Source: Rhina ancylostomus (taxonomy: Eukaryota). Taken from it: a stretch of 61,600 nucleotides of DNA. Position numbers and translations under genes: made by a program. The notes beneath the pieces are model-generated. The model had not been told where the DNA came from. It saw only the letters and a list, made by a program, of their open reading frames with translations, and did not search any database. Location: assembly GCA_030265395.1 (NCBI GenBank), contig JARFYF010000054.1, forward strand, positions 24,502,985-24,564,584. The letters are read 5' to 3'. Every line of letters begins with the position of its first letter. Position 1 is the first letter of the stretch. Shown piece by piece: positions 39,401 through 54,400 of the stretch.

Positions 39401-42400
39401 AAAATTAAAAAAGAAAGGTGTAGGCTAACAAATACATGTATGGACTGGTGAGGTGGGAACAAAAGTGGCACATGGAATTAAATTGTGAGAACTGTGACAT
39501 ATTGCATATAAAGAGGGCTGAGAAGATAAGGGATTATATGACAGGATACTAAAGGATGTAGAGCAATACAAGGATCACGGACTGCATGTCCACAGATCTC
39601 TGAAGGTAGCCAGACAGGTAGATAAGGCAGTTAAGGCATATGGGTTAATTGCCTTTATTGGCTGAGACCTACAATACAAGAGTGGGGAGGTTACACTAGA
39701 ATGTTATAAGTTGATATTAGGCCATAGTTTGATGACTGTAAATAATGTGCAACTCTGGTCACCATCTGATAGGAAGGACATGAAAGCATCAGTGAAAGTG
39801 CACAGGAAATTTACAAGGATGTTGCCCTGGCTGGAAAATTATGAGCAGAGATTGTCTGGGTTAAGGTTTTCCCTTTGACACAAAGGAAATTGAGGAGACA
39901 TTTAATTGACGTGTATAAAATTATAAGAGGCTGAGAAAGGATGAACAGAAATGACGTACTTCCCTTAGCAGAAAGTATGAAAGAAGAGTTGGGGAAATGT
40001 TTGGGGGTTCTGAAGCTCACAACTTGAAAGGATGGTGGAAGGTGAAACCTTCACTACATTTATAAAGTACCTGAATAAGCATTTGAAGAACCATGACTTG
40101 CAGAGCTATGAACCAAGAGCTTGGGTAGTAGGATTAACCTTAAACCCATTTTTGGCACCAGAGCCCTGATGGGCTAAAATAATGGAACATGCAACCTTTT
40201 ACCTTAATGTCATAATCAGAGTTCAGTGAGTCTTAATATCTTCCTTTCATTCACTCACATCTTGACTGTCCAATTTCTGTGAAATGTGACTACCTGTGAA
40301 TGTGTTGTTGACAGTGAGCTATTAATGATCTCTGGACAGCTCGAGTTAAGGTAGAACTGTTTTCAAAGGTGCGTTAGAGCTAAAATTATTTAATTAAATA
40401 GTTAGATTTTATCACTGTTTACAATATTGATCATTGATTTCTGTTAAATTGTAGGTGTTGACCTGCCTAGATTTGCAGCAAGAGCTGGTATATTTTAGAT
40501 ATATTTGTGTGAAATTTATTGGATTGAGGTTCACTAATGCTTTGAAGCATGTTTGATTTAATGGTCTTCCATTTTCTCCTGCTAAAGAATACATTGGACT
40601 GCATGCAGGTACACACACAACCACCAATCCCATTTCTTTAGCATAGAGACCTGTGCGTTTGTGTTTGAAAAATCTTCTGTGCTGCATTCCATGCAATATA
40701 TTAGATATATTGCTTACCTGAAAGTATACCTTCCAGTTTTAATTACTGCACTTATAAAATGAGAATCAACAGTTATGTTATTATGTTTGGTTTGTCAGTG
40801 TTTGCGTGGCTCTATAATTTTTTATGCCTGATTTATTTTAAATCAAGGCTGTGATTCAGAGTCTATTGATTGTAAGTCAGTTTCCTTTCCAACAATTGCT
40901 TTTTTTCTGTTAAACAGTAATTATCAGTACATCCTACTGTAGAAGCTAACAAAATAAGTTTCTTCATGTTACCTTTATTAAAAATATTACCGTCTCTCTG
41001 TGTTTTTGATATACCTGATAGACTCCGCCATATGTTGAGCCACATCACAGCATTGTACCTCTTGAGTTGCTTGTCAGCTTAGTTTAATTACTTTGCTCAA
41101 AATGAGAAGGTTGCAGGTTTGTACATCACTTCAGAACTTGAGAAAATAATGTTGTGTGACAAGCTTTGCCTTGCCAGAAAAATGCTGCATTATCAGTGAT
41201 ATTGCTCTTCAGATAAGACAAAGCAAGGTCCCATCAGCCTGTTTTATGATTGAGGCAGATGTAAAATGCAGTGAATCTATTAAATGCTGAGGGAATACAT
41301 TCAGCCCCCTAGTCAGCATTCTTAACTAACACTAACAAAAATAGACAAAGTAGTGTTGTAATTACCACTGTTTGTGGTCTTGTTAAAATGGCTTGGCCAT
41401 GTAGCTTATTGTATGCACCTATAATTACTTGTATGTGATTCACTAGGCAATGCTTTGTGAGATATGATGGGCCACCAGAGGAATGTTTCTATAATCCCAT
41501 TTTGTACAACATTCATAATGTAAGTCAGTGCTACAGTGCTGTATCTTTTAGAAATTAAGTTTTTTTTATATTTCTGATGTAAATGTACCATTCCTTAATT
41601 ATATAAACTGAAAATAGAATGCTACCAACTCAACTGATAAAAATGAGGCAGTGCTTTGTAACTAACTTATTGGAAAATCAGACTTCTGCAGTTTAATTTT
41701 ACATCAAATTTGCTCCTTCACCTTGCTATCCTGTCGTCCACATTACTTGAGAATTGCAGCATCAAAATATTGACCATATAAGGATCAGAGGATCAAAGTT
41801 TAAATCAACAACTGAGGGATCATAGTATTGTAATAGGGATCAAATCACAATTCAGACAGCATTTGGAGCATGAATCAGAAGGATCTATTTTGAGGCAACA
41901 TTAAATCTAAGTTAAGTGAGGATAATACTTTGTGTATTTACTGCACTTGGTAAATTTAGATTTGTTTACAATTAGCAAAGAATATTACAGGATAAATTAA
42001 ACATTTCTGTCAACATCTAAATTCCATGGACATTTTATACAGTATATTGGAGATACATGAAGTTGTCACTTAGCTTTCAGATATTGGATCTGCAATGTCT
42101 GTGCTTTGTTTGCAGATTTCCCACATTAACTTTGTGATATTTTCTTCATTGAAACAATAGTCCTAGCTTCCTATAGAAATATGAGCAACACCAGGCAGAA
42201 AATTAGGAATGAGGAATAACCAAGTTCAAAGAAATGTTAGTCAAAAAAATTGCAGATGTGGGAAATCTGAAATAAAAACAGAAAATGTTGGAAAACTCAG
42301 CCGGTCAGGCAGCAGTTATGGAAAGAGAAACAGTTAATGTTTCAAATCTTAGATCCTTCATTAGAACCGAGAAAGTGAAAAAACACCACTTGTTTCTCTC

Positions 42401-45400
42401 TTTCTCAGTCTGATAAAGGGTCCTCGATGTGAAACGCTATCTGTTTCTCTTTGATGCTACCTGACCTGTGGAATTTTTCCAGCATTTTGTTTCAAGGAAG
42501 TGTCCATTTTTACTATAGGACATTGGGAAGGTTGCCATCTTTTTCTGACTCCAAGAGAAGAGGCAAGATGGTTACAGGGCAGAGGCTAGAGGGGCTGCAG
42601 AGTTGCAGTTCTGGGTACAAGTCAAGAGGAGGGCTAGAGCATCTAGAGTAAGGCAGCAGGGACATAGATGATAATGAAAATACATTGAATGCTTAAACCA
42701 AAATTAATATCTCCATGTCTTAAGAAAACCAAGCATCAAAGAAGTTTTATTTGTAAAAAGGAAACATTTTTTTTCCTGTTCATCTGGATTTTTCACACTT
42801 CAATAGAGAAGTGGCTTGGTGTCACTTCAGAATCCTCATTTGAGAATCCATAGGTCAGTGCAACACTACAGAGACCAAACTCCTAGCCAACTCAAAGGTA
42901 GATACTAAAACCAAAAAAATATATAGATTGAATAAGCTGCTTAAGCTATCTCTGCAAAAAGCCACTCCCACACTACTTTCAGAACACTGTTCACCACTGA
43001 AGTGGTGAAGATAGTTCTGCTGAGTTCTGCAGAACCTACTTCTGGTTCTGGGAAGTAGGCCATTTGCACACAACCATTCGATAATCTGCAAGAGCATGAC
43101 TTGTCAAATTTGCTTTCAGCACCCTGGTCATTAAAATAATTCCTGATGTATGGCACCACCCTAAAGTCATTGCTATTATATATAAAAATAACAATCATCC
43201 CAAAAGATACCAGCCAAAACCTATTTTGTTCGCAACTTGCAAAATGTTTGAACACCTTATGCTTAAATGGGTGAAAGGATCCTTAGAAAATGAACAGGTG
43301 GACTTCAGGGCAACAAGTTGTTTTGACAGGGTTCATCCATTAGCAAAAATAAAGCAGTGTTTCAGAGGTAGCTGGAACTACCTTCTTAAGTTTTATTATT
43401 ATCATATGTCACTAGGTGGCATGAAGACCTATTGCCAAAACTTTCAAAAAAAAAGTAATCCATTGCTGTGGAACTCTCAGGAATTTAGGTATCTTGACAA
43501 GTTCTATGTCTGTTTTGATAACAAAACCTGAAGAATATAAACTCTCGGAGTCGGTGCTTGCCGCAGCCACATCCCATTTACACAGTGGGATTAATCAACA
43601 CCAGGTCCTGAAAGTCCATCTGTGCTGACAACATTGCATTGCTGACATCTGGACCTCTGGTCTTAGAAGCAAATAGTTGAATTTTTTAGAAAGCTATTTC
43701 CTGGCCTGGCACCTCGGCCCAGTCCCAATAAAACCAATGAGTCAGTTTTCCATCAGTACAAGTTGGATGCTGGGAAAAGTTTCCTTCTGCAGAAAACATT
43801 TTATCCATGACTCTCACCCTTAAAACTAGATGAAATGCTCATATATTGATGTAATCCAACTAAAATCAGCCAAAAGATTCAAGTAAAGGTGAATGGTCCA
43901 AAAACTGGCTGGGCCAACTTGGGAGAGTGCAGTTAGGAACCTCTGCTCCAGCCCACTCAGTGCTGTAACAGTGGCCCTTGGATACTTGGCTGCAGAATAC
44001 TATTTTGCTTCATGACTGTGCACCTACCACACACATGGATGCTATAGGCTTAATTCCTCTAACAATGGTCACTGATGATGGTCCACTTTGTACTCAACCT
44101 GATAGCAATGTCCTCAATATGATGGAAAATTCATGGGCAACATCACCCACGCATTCAAAAAGACTTGACGAACAGCCACTTACCCATTTAAACCACACTG
44201 GCCGTTCGCAGAAGCAGCAGGTAACATCTATGTAGCTGGCACAAGCCCATTATTCAGATGTAAGTGCAGGGAATAAATACCTCATCACTCACTCCCTAGC
44301 AGAAGCTCCTAGTTTTTTTATTTCCCTTGAAGACAGTACACATCTCTGAGCAGAGTCTACACAGGTCATGGACAATGTAGCCTGCTGTTCCACAAATGAA
44401 AGATACTGGATGACTCAAAAAGTGGGAATGAGTCCCAATGCATTGAATACATAACATGAACCAATGCATTAAGATCTGTTGCAGGAGCCACTTCATTTCA
44501 GGAGGGCAGTGAGGGATCTGACTCTGATGCTTTTTGTGCCATGCAGATCAAGAAAACAATCTTTGGTTTAGGAGGAACATCTGTATCTGAATCAAAGGGA
44601 CATGGATCTCCTCCCAGAGACCAGAGGACATAATCAATTGTTCAGGGATTGCTATAGTTTCGAAGAGTTATTTAGTGGAACGTTAATCTCCCCATTCAGG
44701 CAGATGTAAGAGCTATAGGGGTCTTTCTTTGGAAAACTGCCCAAGGCTTGTCCTTCAATCGCTTATACTAAATTGGTTATCTGGTCATTTATCTCATTGC
44801 AGTTTATTGAATCTTGGTATTCCCAAATTGAATGTTTTTGCCTACTTTACAACAGTAACTCCTTAACTGGCTGTAATGAAATTTGGGGGGGTATTCTAAG
44901 GTCATGAAAGGTACTATCTAAAAGCACATTATGTTTTAATTTTTGTTTGGAAGTTCCAGATGGTCACGTAAAAGAAAGGGGATGTAACTCTGTCAAGGCT
45001 CTTTTATTTTCAATTTCTCCATGCTACGTGTACAGTGCAGTATATGTATCTCTGTGAAACATCATACATACTTCACCAGCAGTGCTGAGGACCAAATCCC
45101 AGACTTAAAGCTATAGTGATACAGCAGAGGACTAGACCAGTGACTGATACATTGCAGAATAGAATTTCCATACATTGAGCACGATCATTTTCATCTTTTC
45201 CACCAGGCAAAGGTACGAGATCTTGAGGAGAAATGTCGGAGTCAAAGCACGCAGTTTAGCCTTCTCTCGCAGGAGTTGGAGCATTTCCGCCTGCAAGCTG
45301 GAAACATTGATCTACTAACCAACACTCTTGTCAACTCAGATACACCTGGACTACTCTCCCGCAGCCAGCCCCAACTACTAAATGGAGTGGAATCACCAGT

Positions 45401-48400
45401 GGAAAAAGGTAACAGAGTTAGAGAGGGATAAGCCTTACAAAATATATGACAGAGATTATATGAGATACTGAAAGTTCATTTGCAGAAACCTTATTTGAAA
45501 TTCAGAATAATGATCTGATCTTGGGCATAGAAACTTGATAAGTCCCACTTGATCCTGTCTGACAACAATATTGTACAAGTTGTATTGAGTGCTTGCAGCT
45601 TAAATTTTAACACTTTAAGTTGAAGATTCCTTGGCCAGTTGTGATTTCAACCTGATTAAACCTTTGTGGACTTCCTGGTGCTCCTCTCATCAAAAGATTG
45701 TAGGTTCAGGTCCCAAACCAGAGATTTGACCAGTAAGATCTATAATGTTGCACTGATGGAAGTATAGTGCTTCAGATGAGGTGGTAGACTGAAGCCCTGT
45801 CTGCTCATTGAAATAAATGTAAAGACCTCATAAAAATCATTGTGAAGATGTGTAGAGGAGTTATCCCCAGTGTTTTGGACAATGTCAGTCAACAGCAATA
45901 ACAATGAACTATCTGTTTATTATCATACTGTAGTTTGCGGGAGCTTTGGACCTTGCTCTATGCCTATTGATGGTCAATTTCTTATACTACACTTGAGGCT
46001 ACAGTTCAAAAAAACTGCTTCATTGCTGTAAAACACTTTGGAACATCCTGAGGTCATGGAAGGTGCTTTATAAATGCAGTCTTCATCTTCGGCAGTCCCT
46101 CGGGATTGAGGATGACTTGCTTTTGCTATAGTTTTGTGGGCTCAAAGGTGGCTAATGTGGCCAATGTGAAAACGGCAGACTCTTCCACAGATGGGGTAGT
46201 AGGTGCCTGACAGGGTGGGCAGATGGGTAATTTTTGAGGTGGTGTATTCCTTTCTCTGCTTATGAAGGGTTTCTCTGTCCTTCTACTGCAAGTCCTTGAG
46301 GTTCTCAATACTGTTCTGAATTTTCCTTCTCTCTTCTGAATGGTAACGGGCCAGAGGTTCCTAGGAGGCATTGAGGATATTGCGCTTCCTCAAGCTCGAG
46401 TCTTTTTCTCTGTAGAGTGGTAATCTCCTCCTACGGAAGAGAAATTTAATAGCACTTACATGCTATGTTCATTCTTGTAGCTATAAATATCTAATAGCTT
46501 TATTGAGATGATTACAGTACTAAATTGGATTACTTGCAATGAAAGAATAAGCTGATTGTCATTATCAGGGTAAAGATCAATTGCATTGCATCTTTTATTT
46601 GGTATTATTGAACTGTAACTGATAATATTTGCTACTGCACCACTTATATAGCAGGGAATACTGTTGGGAAAATACGTAGCTTAAACTGCATGCTCAGCTA
46701 AGAACAAACAATCAGCTCCTGTCCTTCCTTCGCAGTGGGAGCTGTTAACATTCTGAAAGCTCCAGGTGAATTCTCCAGGTCAGGCAATCTGAGGCCAAGG
46801 TTATTGACACACTTTGTACACTTGTCCTACATATGTTTTCATTTTAAACGTTCTAGTGTTTGCTAAGTGTTGTATCAGTTCCTTCTTCCACTTCATTACA
46901 TAGAACCAGCTGTAGTACATTTTTCCCCCATTTGAGTAGCAACACATTGACTAAGAAAAGTGTCCCAAAGCCAGTAAGATGAAACCTTGCCCTTTTTCAT
47001 CAAAAGATCCTCTTCCCACATATCAGCACATTCTTAGATTTAAAAAGATATCCCACTAGCATAACAGTGGTGTAAATCTTTGCTAATTTTATTGTTAATA
47101 ATTTGATTGTATGTTGTATATTTACAGTAATCTGTGACTGCTCGCTTGCTGCTAATGAGCCTAATCCAGAGTACTCCGTACCACTTTTCGATTGAGTCTT
47201 TGTGCTTTAGTGCTGTGGTATGGTCCAATTGCCAAAGCAATTTTAAAAGCATCCACATCCTCAAAAACAGCATCCTGGCATGATGTCCAACATACGCTCA
47301 AAGGACAACACCTCATTTTTTGTCTGGAAGCATTAAGGACTGCAGGACTTAATAATGAATTCTCCAGCTTCAGATCACTTGTTCATTCTTTCTGTTTGGG
47401 TCACGACTGGCCATTAATGCTTACTGTTCTTTTCTCCCTTGTTTTTACTTGTATCTTCTAGCCTGCTGAGCACATCCCAGAAGGTCAGACCGTGCAACAT
47501 CACCTAAACTTCACAATATTAATAACGTATTTCACAGACAAAGGAGCTTAACTGGCTCAATGACTCAATTCAATGGCTACATCATTTCAACCCATTACAT
47601 ATATTCCCTTTGTTCCATCCATTACCCTCCCACACCTTTTCTTCAACGAACCTACTTTCTCTCTTTCTTAGTTCTGTTGTGAGTCTTCAACCTGAAACTA
47701 TTTTTTTTTCCACAGATGCTGCCTGACCTGCTGAGTTTTTCAGCATAGAACCTTGAGCAACGCAGCACGGATACAGGCCCTTCAACCCAACCAGTCCATG
47801 CCAACCATGGTGCCCACCCAGTTAGTCCCAATTTTCTGTATTCGGCCCATATCCCTCTAAACCCCACCCTTCCATGTACTTATCCAAGTGCTTCTTAAAT
47901 GATACTGTTGTACCTTCCTCAACCAATTCCTCTGGCAGCTCATTTCATAGACTTACCACCCGCTGTGTGAAAAAGATCCCTTTTAAATCTTTTCCCTCTC
48001 ACCCTAATTCTATGCCCTCTAGTTTTGAACTCCCATTCCTTGGGAAAAGGCTGTACCATCCACCTCATCTATGCCTCTCATAATTTTAAAAGTTTCTATA
48101 AGGTCGTCCCTCATTCTCCTACATTACAAGGAATAAAGACCCAGCCTGGCCAACCTTTCCCAATAAACTCAGGCCCTCTAGCCCTGGCAACATCCTCATC
48201 AATCTTTTTTGCACAATTTCTAGTTTAACCACGTCTTTCCCATAACAGGTTGACCAAAACTGTACATGGTACTCCAAGTGTGGTTTCAGCATTGTCTTAT
48301 ATAACTGCAACATGATGTTCCAACTCCGATACTCAGTGCCCTGACTGATGAAGGCTAACTGCCTTTTTCACCACCCTGTCTACTTGTGGTGCCACTTTCA

Positions 48401-51400
48401 ACAAACTATCCACTTGAACTCTTAGGTTCCTCTTCCATTTGACTCCCTAGTCCTCTACCATTCATAGTATAAATCCTACATTGGTTTGACTTTCCAAAAT
48501 GCATCATTTCACACTTATCTGTATTGAAATCCATTTGCCACTCCTCAGCCCACTTCCCCGACTGATCAAGATCCCCGTGTAATCTATGATAACCTTCTTC
48601 ATTATCAACAACACCTCCTAGTTTTGCATCATCCACAAACTGACCGATCAAGCCCTGTACACTTGCATTTGTATCATTTATATAAATAACAAGGGTCTCA
48701 ACACCAACCCCTGCGGCACACCACTAGTGTCTGGCTTCCATTCTAAGAAACAATCTTTAACCACCAAGTTTGTGGTAGATCAACCAAGCATTTTCTGATT
48801 TTGTTTTAATTTTCCAACATTTTGCTTCAAAGTGTGTTATTTTGCAAAGTGTATTATTTAACGGCTTTCTATGTTAGTTCAGTCATATCATTAAAATAAC
48901 TATAAACAACATATGATCTTGGTGTTAAATACAATAGGCTCAGTGTGGATCCCATTTGGGAATGTGGCTGTATTATCTCAATCACCCTTTTGTTGGAATC
49001 TACATTTCCTGGATTACAGGGGGTTTTATCATTAAACTCAAAAAACTGATGTGCCTTATCGTGAGAATTCTGTTTTCCTTTAGATGTAGAAAGCATTCCC
49101 CAGCCAGTTTCTCAGTCACCTTGTCCAGTGCAGAATGAGAAGAAGCAGGAAGAGCAAATTCCCAATATGTCGCAGGCTCAAGCAGTCAGTGTCTCCCAGA
49201 GGTCGGAGGAGATAGCAACAGAAGTTAGCTCCATCAGCAGCAAAATGCAACCAGAATCAAACCAGAGCTCCAGCAAAGGATCTCCCAAAACAGAGTTGTC
49301 ACAAAGCACCCCAAAGTCTTGTACAACTCCAGAGGTAAGTTGAAGTAAAATGAAGTGAAAGGTTCAACTATTTCACAGACTGACTTTTGTTAACTGAATA
49401 TAACAGTATTTCCCTTTAGTTTGATGACCAGTATTATGTCTTAAGAAAAGTGAGTAGCCTGTTCATTGCCCGCTTCTGTGGTAATCAGTTTTTCAAACCT
49501 CCCTACACTTGCTCTTTGCTGTTAAGCTGCATGAACACTATTCAATCTTAAATGAGGCATTGTTTATAAATGTAAAAATTGGAAAATCTACTACAAACAA
49601 TATATGCTAGTAATTTCTTCCCTTTCTCTGCTACTGTTTCTGACTAAACAAGACAGTTTGGAATCTCAGTCATGTTTGATGTTGGTAGAATTTCAGAAAT
49701 CACATCCTTTCAATCAGATATAATCTTTCTAACTCCAGAATATCATCTGCCCTGCCCCTTAATGCATCAATCACTGAAATATGTCTATGTCTGTGTCGCA
49801 ATTCCAATGCAGTTTACATAGTAACCCATTCCTAACTCTCTGCTTCTGAAATAACATACTATTTCTGAGGTGACTTAAACAGAACTATACCACCACAGAA
49901 ATACAACTTTGAATTTGTACAAGCATCCAATTGTTGTTATAATGATTAAAGAGTGGAAAGTCAACTGTAGATAATGCAAAGTGTAGAGGTTGATGTAGAC
50001 ATGGCGCACCTTGTTTTTTAGTCAGAGAAGCATTCTAAGAGGTCACTTAAAATAACTAGATATAAGCTAATTAATTATGTGACAGGACTCATTCTTCCCA
50101 TCTGCTGATGATTATTATCTGCTGAAGGAGGCAAGGAAACTAAAACTGTTTTTCAGAAAACTCAGAGAAAATATGTCCTGAATCTTACTCACAGGTCTCA
50201 TCATTTGTCAGAGATGGAGATCCTTGAGGCATTAAATAATGTCATTATGTGAATGTGTTAAACAACTTAGTTAAATTCAGATCCTCAAATGTTCAACTAA
50301 TCACTGAAGCTAGGCTCATTGCTGAATGGGAGACACTTCCCAACAAAGGATAAGTCATATTTTATTAATCATGAGTGGTAGTTCCTGAGTAATATTTGAC
50401 TTCAGGTACTGTCTGCTTGGTCAGGAATTAGTGAGCTGATGAAAACAGTTAATACATGAAACTGACTCTAAACAAGGCCACTAAAAAACTGCTTGTGATG
50501 TAACTAACTCCCAACCATAGCCACAAAATATTAAATTTGTTGAAAAAATTAATTGATGCCTCAAGATGAAGAATTAAAATAAGAACCTATTCTAGTCATT
50601 CTTCATGTAGGTCAATGGAAAACTGCCCTTTTGTGATAGTGTTATTTATGAATTACAGGTTGATACAGCCAGTGAAGTGGAGGAGTTGGACATTGATAAT
50701 GTCTCCTCCATTCCAGAGCCTGAGAGCAAAGTAACTGCAAAATTGAAGGTTTTCATTGCTCGATACAGGTAAATTACTGTATTTTTTGCTCCAATCTTCT
50801 TGTGACACCTTAGAAACAAACATTAAACCTATTCCACAGGTCTGATCACATTACTTTGTGACTGGATGTTCAGAGTCTGTCATCTATCCAGTGTAACCTT
50901 GGGGAGAAGACATTTGAGACAACCGGGAAGTATATCATTGCTCACAAAAATGGGGCCAAATCATCTGACCCACCATGTGGTTGTTACTTTTGTAGCTGTC
51001 ACTATTTAACTTTTTTAATGGTTGGAGGGTGGTTAGGCCATCAGAGTGGTTGGCTGGTTGCTGAGCTGACCACCTCCGAACTGGTGGATCAGTAATGAAA
51101 CTGACCCCACGTCCACTGCTGGCAGGTAGAATCTCCCAACATTTACATGGTCAGGCAGACTGCCATTCAGTGATCCAACTCCAGTGAGAGGCCTCCAGCT
51201 AAGTAAGACACTGTCCATTCCCAGGATTTCTAACTCCTTCTGAAATTCTTGGAGTTGTTGAGTGGCTGAGGTAGGTGGAGGGAGAAGGTGAATGATAATG
51301 TTTTCCATGTGATTGTTTTCCCAGAATACTAGCCAACATGACAAGAGGTATTTAGGACAAACAACAAAATGACAACTGAAGATGGCTCTAACTTTTTTTA

Positions 51401-54400
51401 ACAATTTTTTCAAGTACTTTTAATATTTTTCATCCTCCTCCCTCCCTAAGGATTGACATGGAAACCCCACAATGTTTCTTGGCTGTGTCCTTTCTTAGGG
51501 TGAGAGCAGGTATTGGACACCACTCATCCGGAACAAAAATCATAACTGAACAGTGTCATTCAGGATTTCCATGTCAATCACCTTGAAATAAAGGAAGTGA
51601 GCTCACCAGCAGAGATGAAGGCTGGTCATGTGATGTCCCTTGGCGCCAATCAGTGTCGAATGGTGTGAGGGCACTGCAGATGCTGGAATTTAGATGAAAA
51701 ACACAATGATGCTGGAGGAACTCAGCAGACCAGGCCTGAGGCACTGCAGACTGCCTGCGCAACTCACTCAGGAGTTCAGCAGGTCTACTGTTGGACAATG
51801 GGTGGTGCAAATTCCTGTCACTAAACTATCAGGGAGTCATAGGCAGACTGACATCCAATCAGACAATCCCAGCCATGGAGGAAATGCAGACAAAGGGGAA
51901 AAATATCAGTGCTATTTTTGTTCAGAATGCAGTATTTCTAGAACAGCCATGGTACCAATTTGAAATCAGTCACTGTACAGCTGTTGTAGGAAATTGGTAG
52001 TGCTTCATTTGTGATGGGGAATTTATCTCATGGAAGGAAAAGAATGCACCTGAAAAAGCTCTTTAATAATCTGATGGGTGAGTGCCTCTTTTTCAGTAAT
52101 GGAGTAATGTCTTCCCTTACAACTAAGGAAGTGTTTAATTTTTGACCCAGTGTTATATTGGATGTACAGTATATCTTTTAACTCAATGGAAATCTATGAA
52201 AGGGAGTCATTATACCTATTTGTGTTTTTCAAGGATTAATTTGTTAGGGTGAGTTTCACCCTCAGGATGAAGCAGTGAATATTGTTCTGATAGGAGGTCC
52301 TGGTCGTACATACAAGTTCCTGGGACTATTGAATCATATCTATTACTTTGACTTAAATTTTTCCTGAAATCTCCGTCTCTCTTCCAGTTACAATCCTTTT
52401 GATGGGCCCAATGAAAATCCAGAGGCAGAACTACCATTGACAGCAGGAGAGTATATCTACGTATATGGAGACATGGATGAAGATGGATTTTATGAAGGTG
52501 TGACTGGGACAAACACTATGCAAGTGTATTTTTTTCAAGGGTTGAAATGACTTTTGCCAGTGGGTACGATCAGAATGACTGACATTCAGCTGTGGAAACT
52601 GAATTAAAGTTCAAATTTCACTAAAATCCACTTTTGATTCATTTTCAGGAGAGCTAATGGATGGGAGAAGAGGACTAGTTCCTTCAAACTTCATTGAGCG
52701 TGTATCTGATGAGGACATGTTGACGTTTCATCCTCCAGAAGCCAATGATTTGTCCCACAGTTCATTCCAGGAGATTAGTTTCCACAGTGGTAGTGAGCAA
52801 AGCCTCTCACTGCAGAAGAATAGTATTGAAAAGTCAGAGACATCCAGCCCCCATGAAGATCTCGCTCTGCACGACTCACAGATAAAGCCAGAGAGCTATG
52901 TTAGCAATGGCTTTGATATCAATGCAGAAGAAGTGGCTGAATATAATGAGGATGTGGTGCCTTACCCCAGGAAACTGAAATTGATTAAGCAGCTTGCCAA
53001 AAGTATCATTGTTAGCTGGGAACCCCCTCTTGCCCCAGGTGGCTGGGGTACAATATTCAGCTATAATATCTATGTGGATAAAGAATTACGGATGAATGTG
53101 AAGTTTGGTGCACAGACCAAAGCTGTGATAGAGAGACTTGACCTTAATACTAAAACTTACCGAATCTATGTGCAGTGTGTAACAGACAAAGGGAACTCGG
53201 ATGAAATATGCAGCAGCATGCTTGTGGGGAAAGATGTCTGTGTTGCCCCTATGCACTTGAAAGTCCATTGTATTACCGCAACCTCAGCGGACATTTCTTG
53301 GTTGCCACGCAACAGNNNNNNNNNNCTAATGAACCTGAGGCCGAACATGAAGTACAAGGTGAAAGTCGAGGCCAGACCACACCAGGTACCCTGGGAGCTG
53401 CCAACAGACCGAAGACAACTCAAATGTGTGTATACACAGTTTACAACTTTGGCAGGAGGTCAGTAACATAATGATTTGTGAATTTAAATAAAAACATATT
53501 CTATTGCACATATGAGGAAGTTAAGTCGATGAAGGGGTTAAGTGAGGGGGAGTTTGAATATCAGCATAAGTTTGGGGATTGATGATAATATTAAAGATTT
53601 AGGATTTGGTGGATGTTTTGAAGTGGAATTCCAGAAATGTGATGGCTGAAGGGTGTGCAACAAGAAGAGGGGAATGTGCAGTCCCCCGCTGGTAGAGTGG
53701 AAAATTCTAGTTAAGATATGGAAGTGAAATGTTCATAAAAGGACACTTAAATAAGAATTTCAGAATCAGACCGCAGAGATGGAGGGAGCTGTTGGGTGTT
53801 AACAAGGGCAGAGAAGAAAATATTACAGATTGCAATTCAGGCCATAGAGTTCTAGATCAGTTGGAGTTTGTGCAAGAAAATATGGGAAAAGGAATGGCAA
53901 AGTAAAGCCTGAAAACAAGACACCTGGCACACAAAGGTTGCATGATAATCCTTTATTAACATTGCCTTGGATTCAGCAGGTTATAATCACTTACTTGAAA
54001 CATTCGTGTTGTATGTAAGTCCACAGAATAGATAGACTGAGGTATATTTACAAGTATATAAACGGACCACTGATGTTCCATTCTTGCATAAGGCAGCAGC
54101 AGTGAATTCAAGTGAGTTGTACAAGAAATCCAATGCTGAACAGTAATGTATACCAGCATGCTTGATTTGGGATCAAATACATAAATCCTCTGAGACAAGG
54201 AATATTACAAAAACCCACAAGACTACTCATGGCTAACTAAAGAATTTAAGCATGGTATTTGATTCAAAGAATAGTTTATAAAGTTGCAGAGAAATGTAGG
54301 AGACTATAAAGATTGGAAGAATTTTACAAAGCAGTGAATGATGACAAAACAATTGATGGAGAGACANNNNNNNNNNNNNNNNNNNNNNNNNNNNNNNNNN

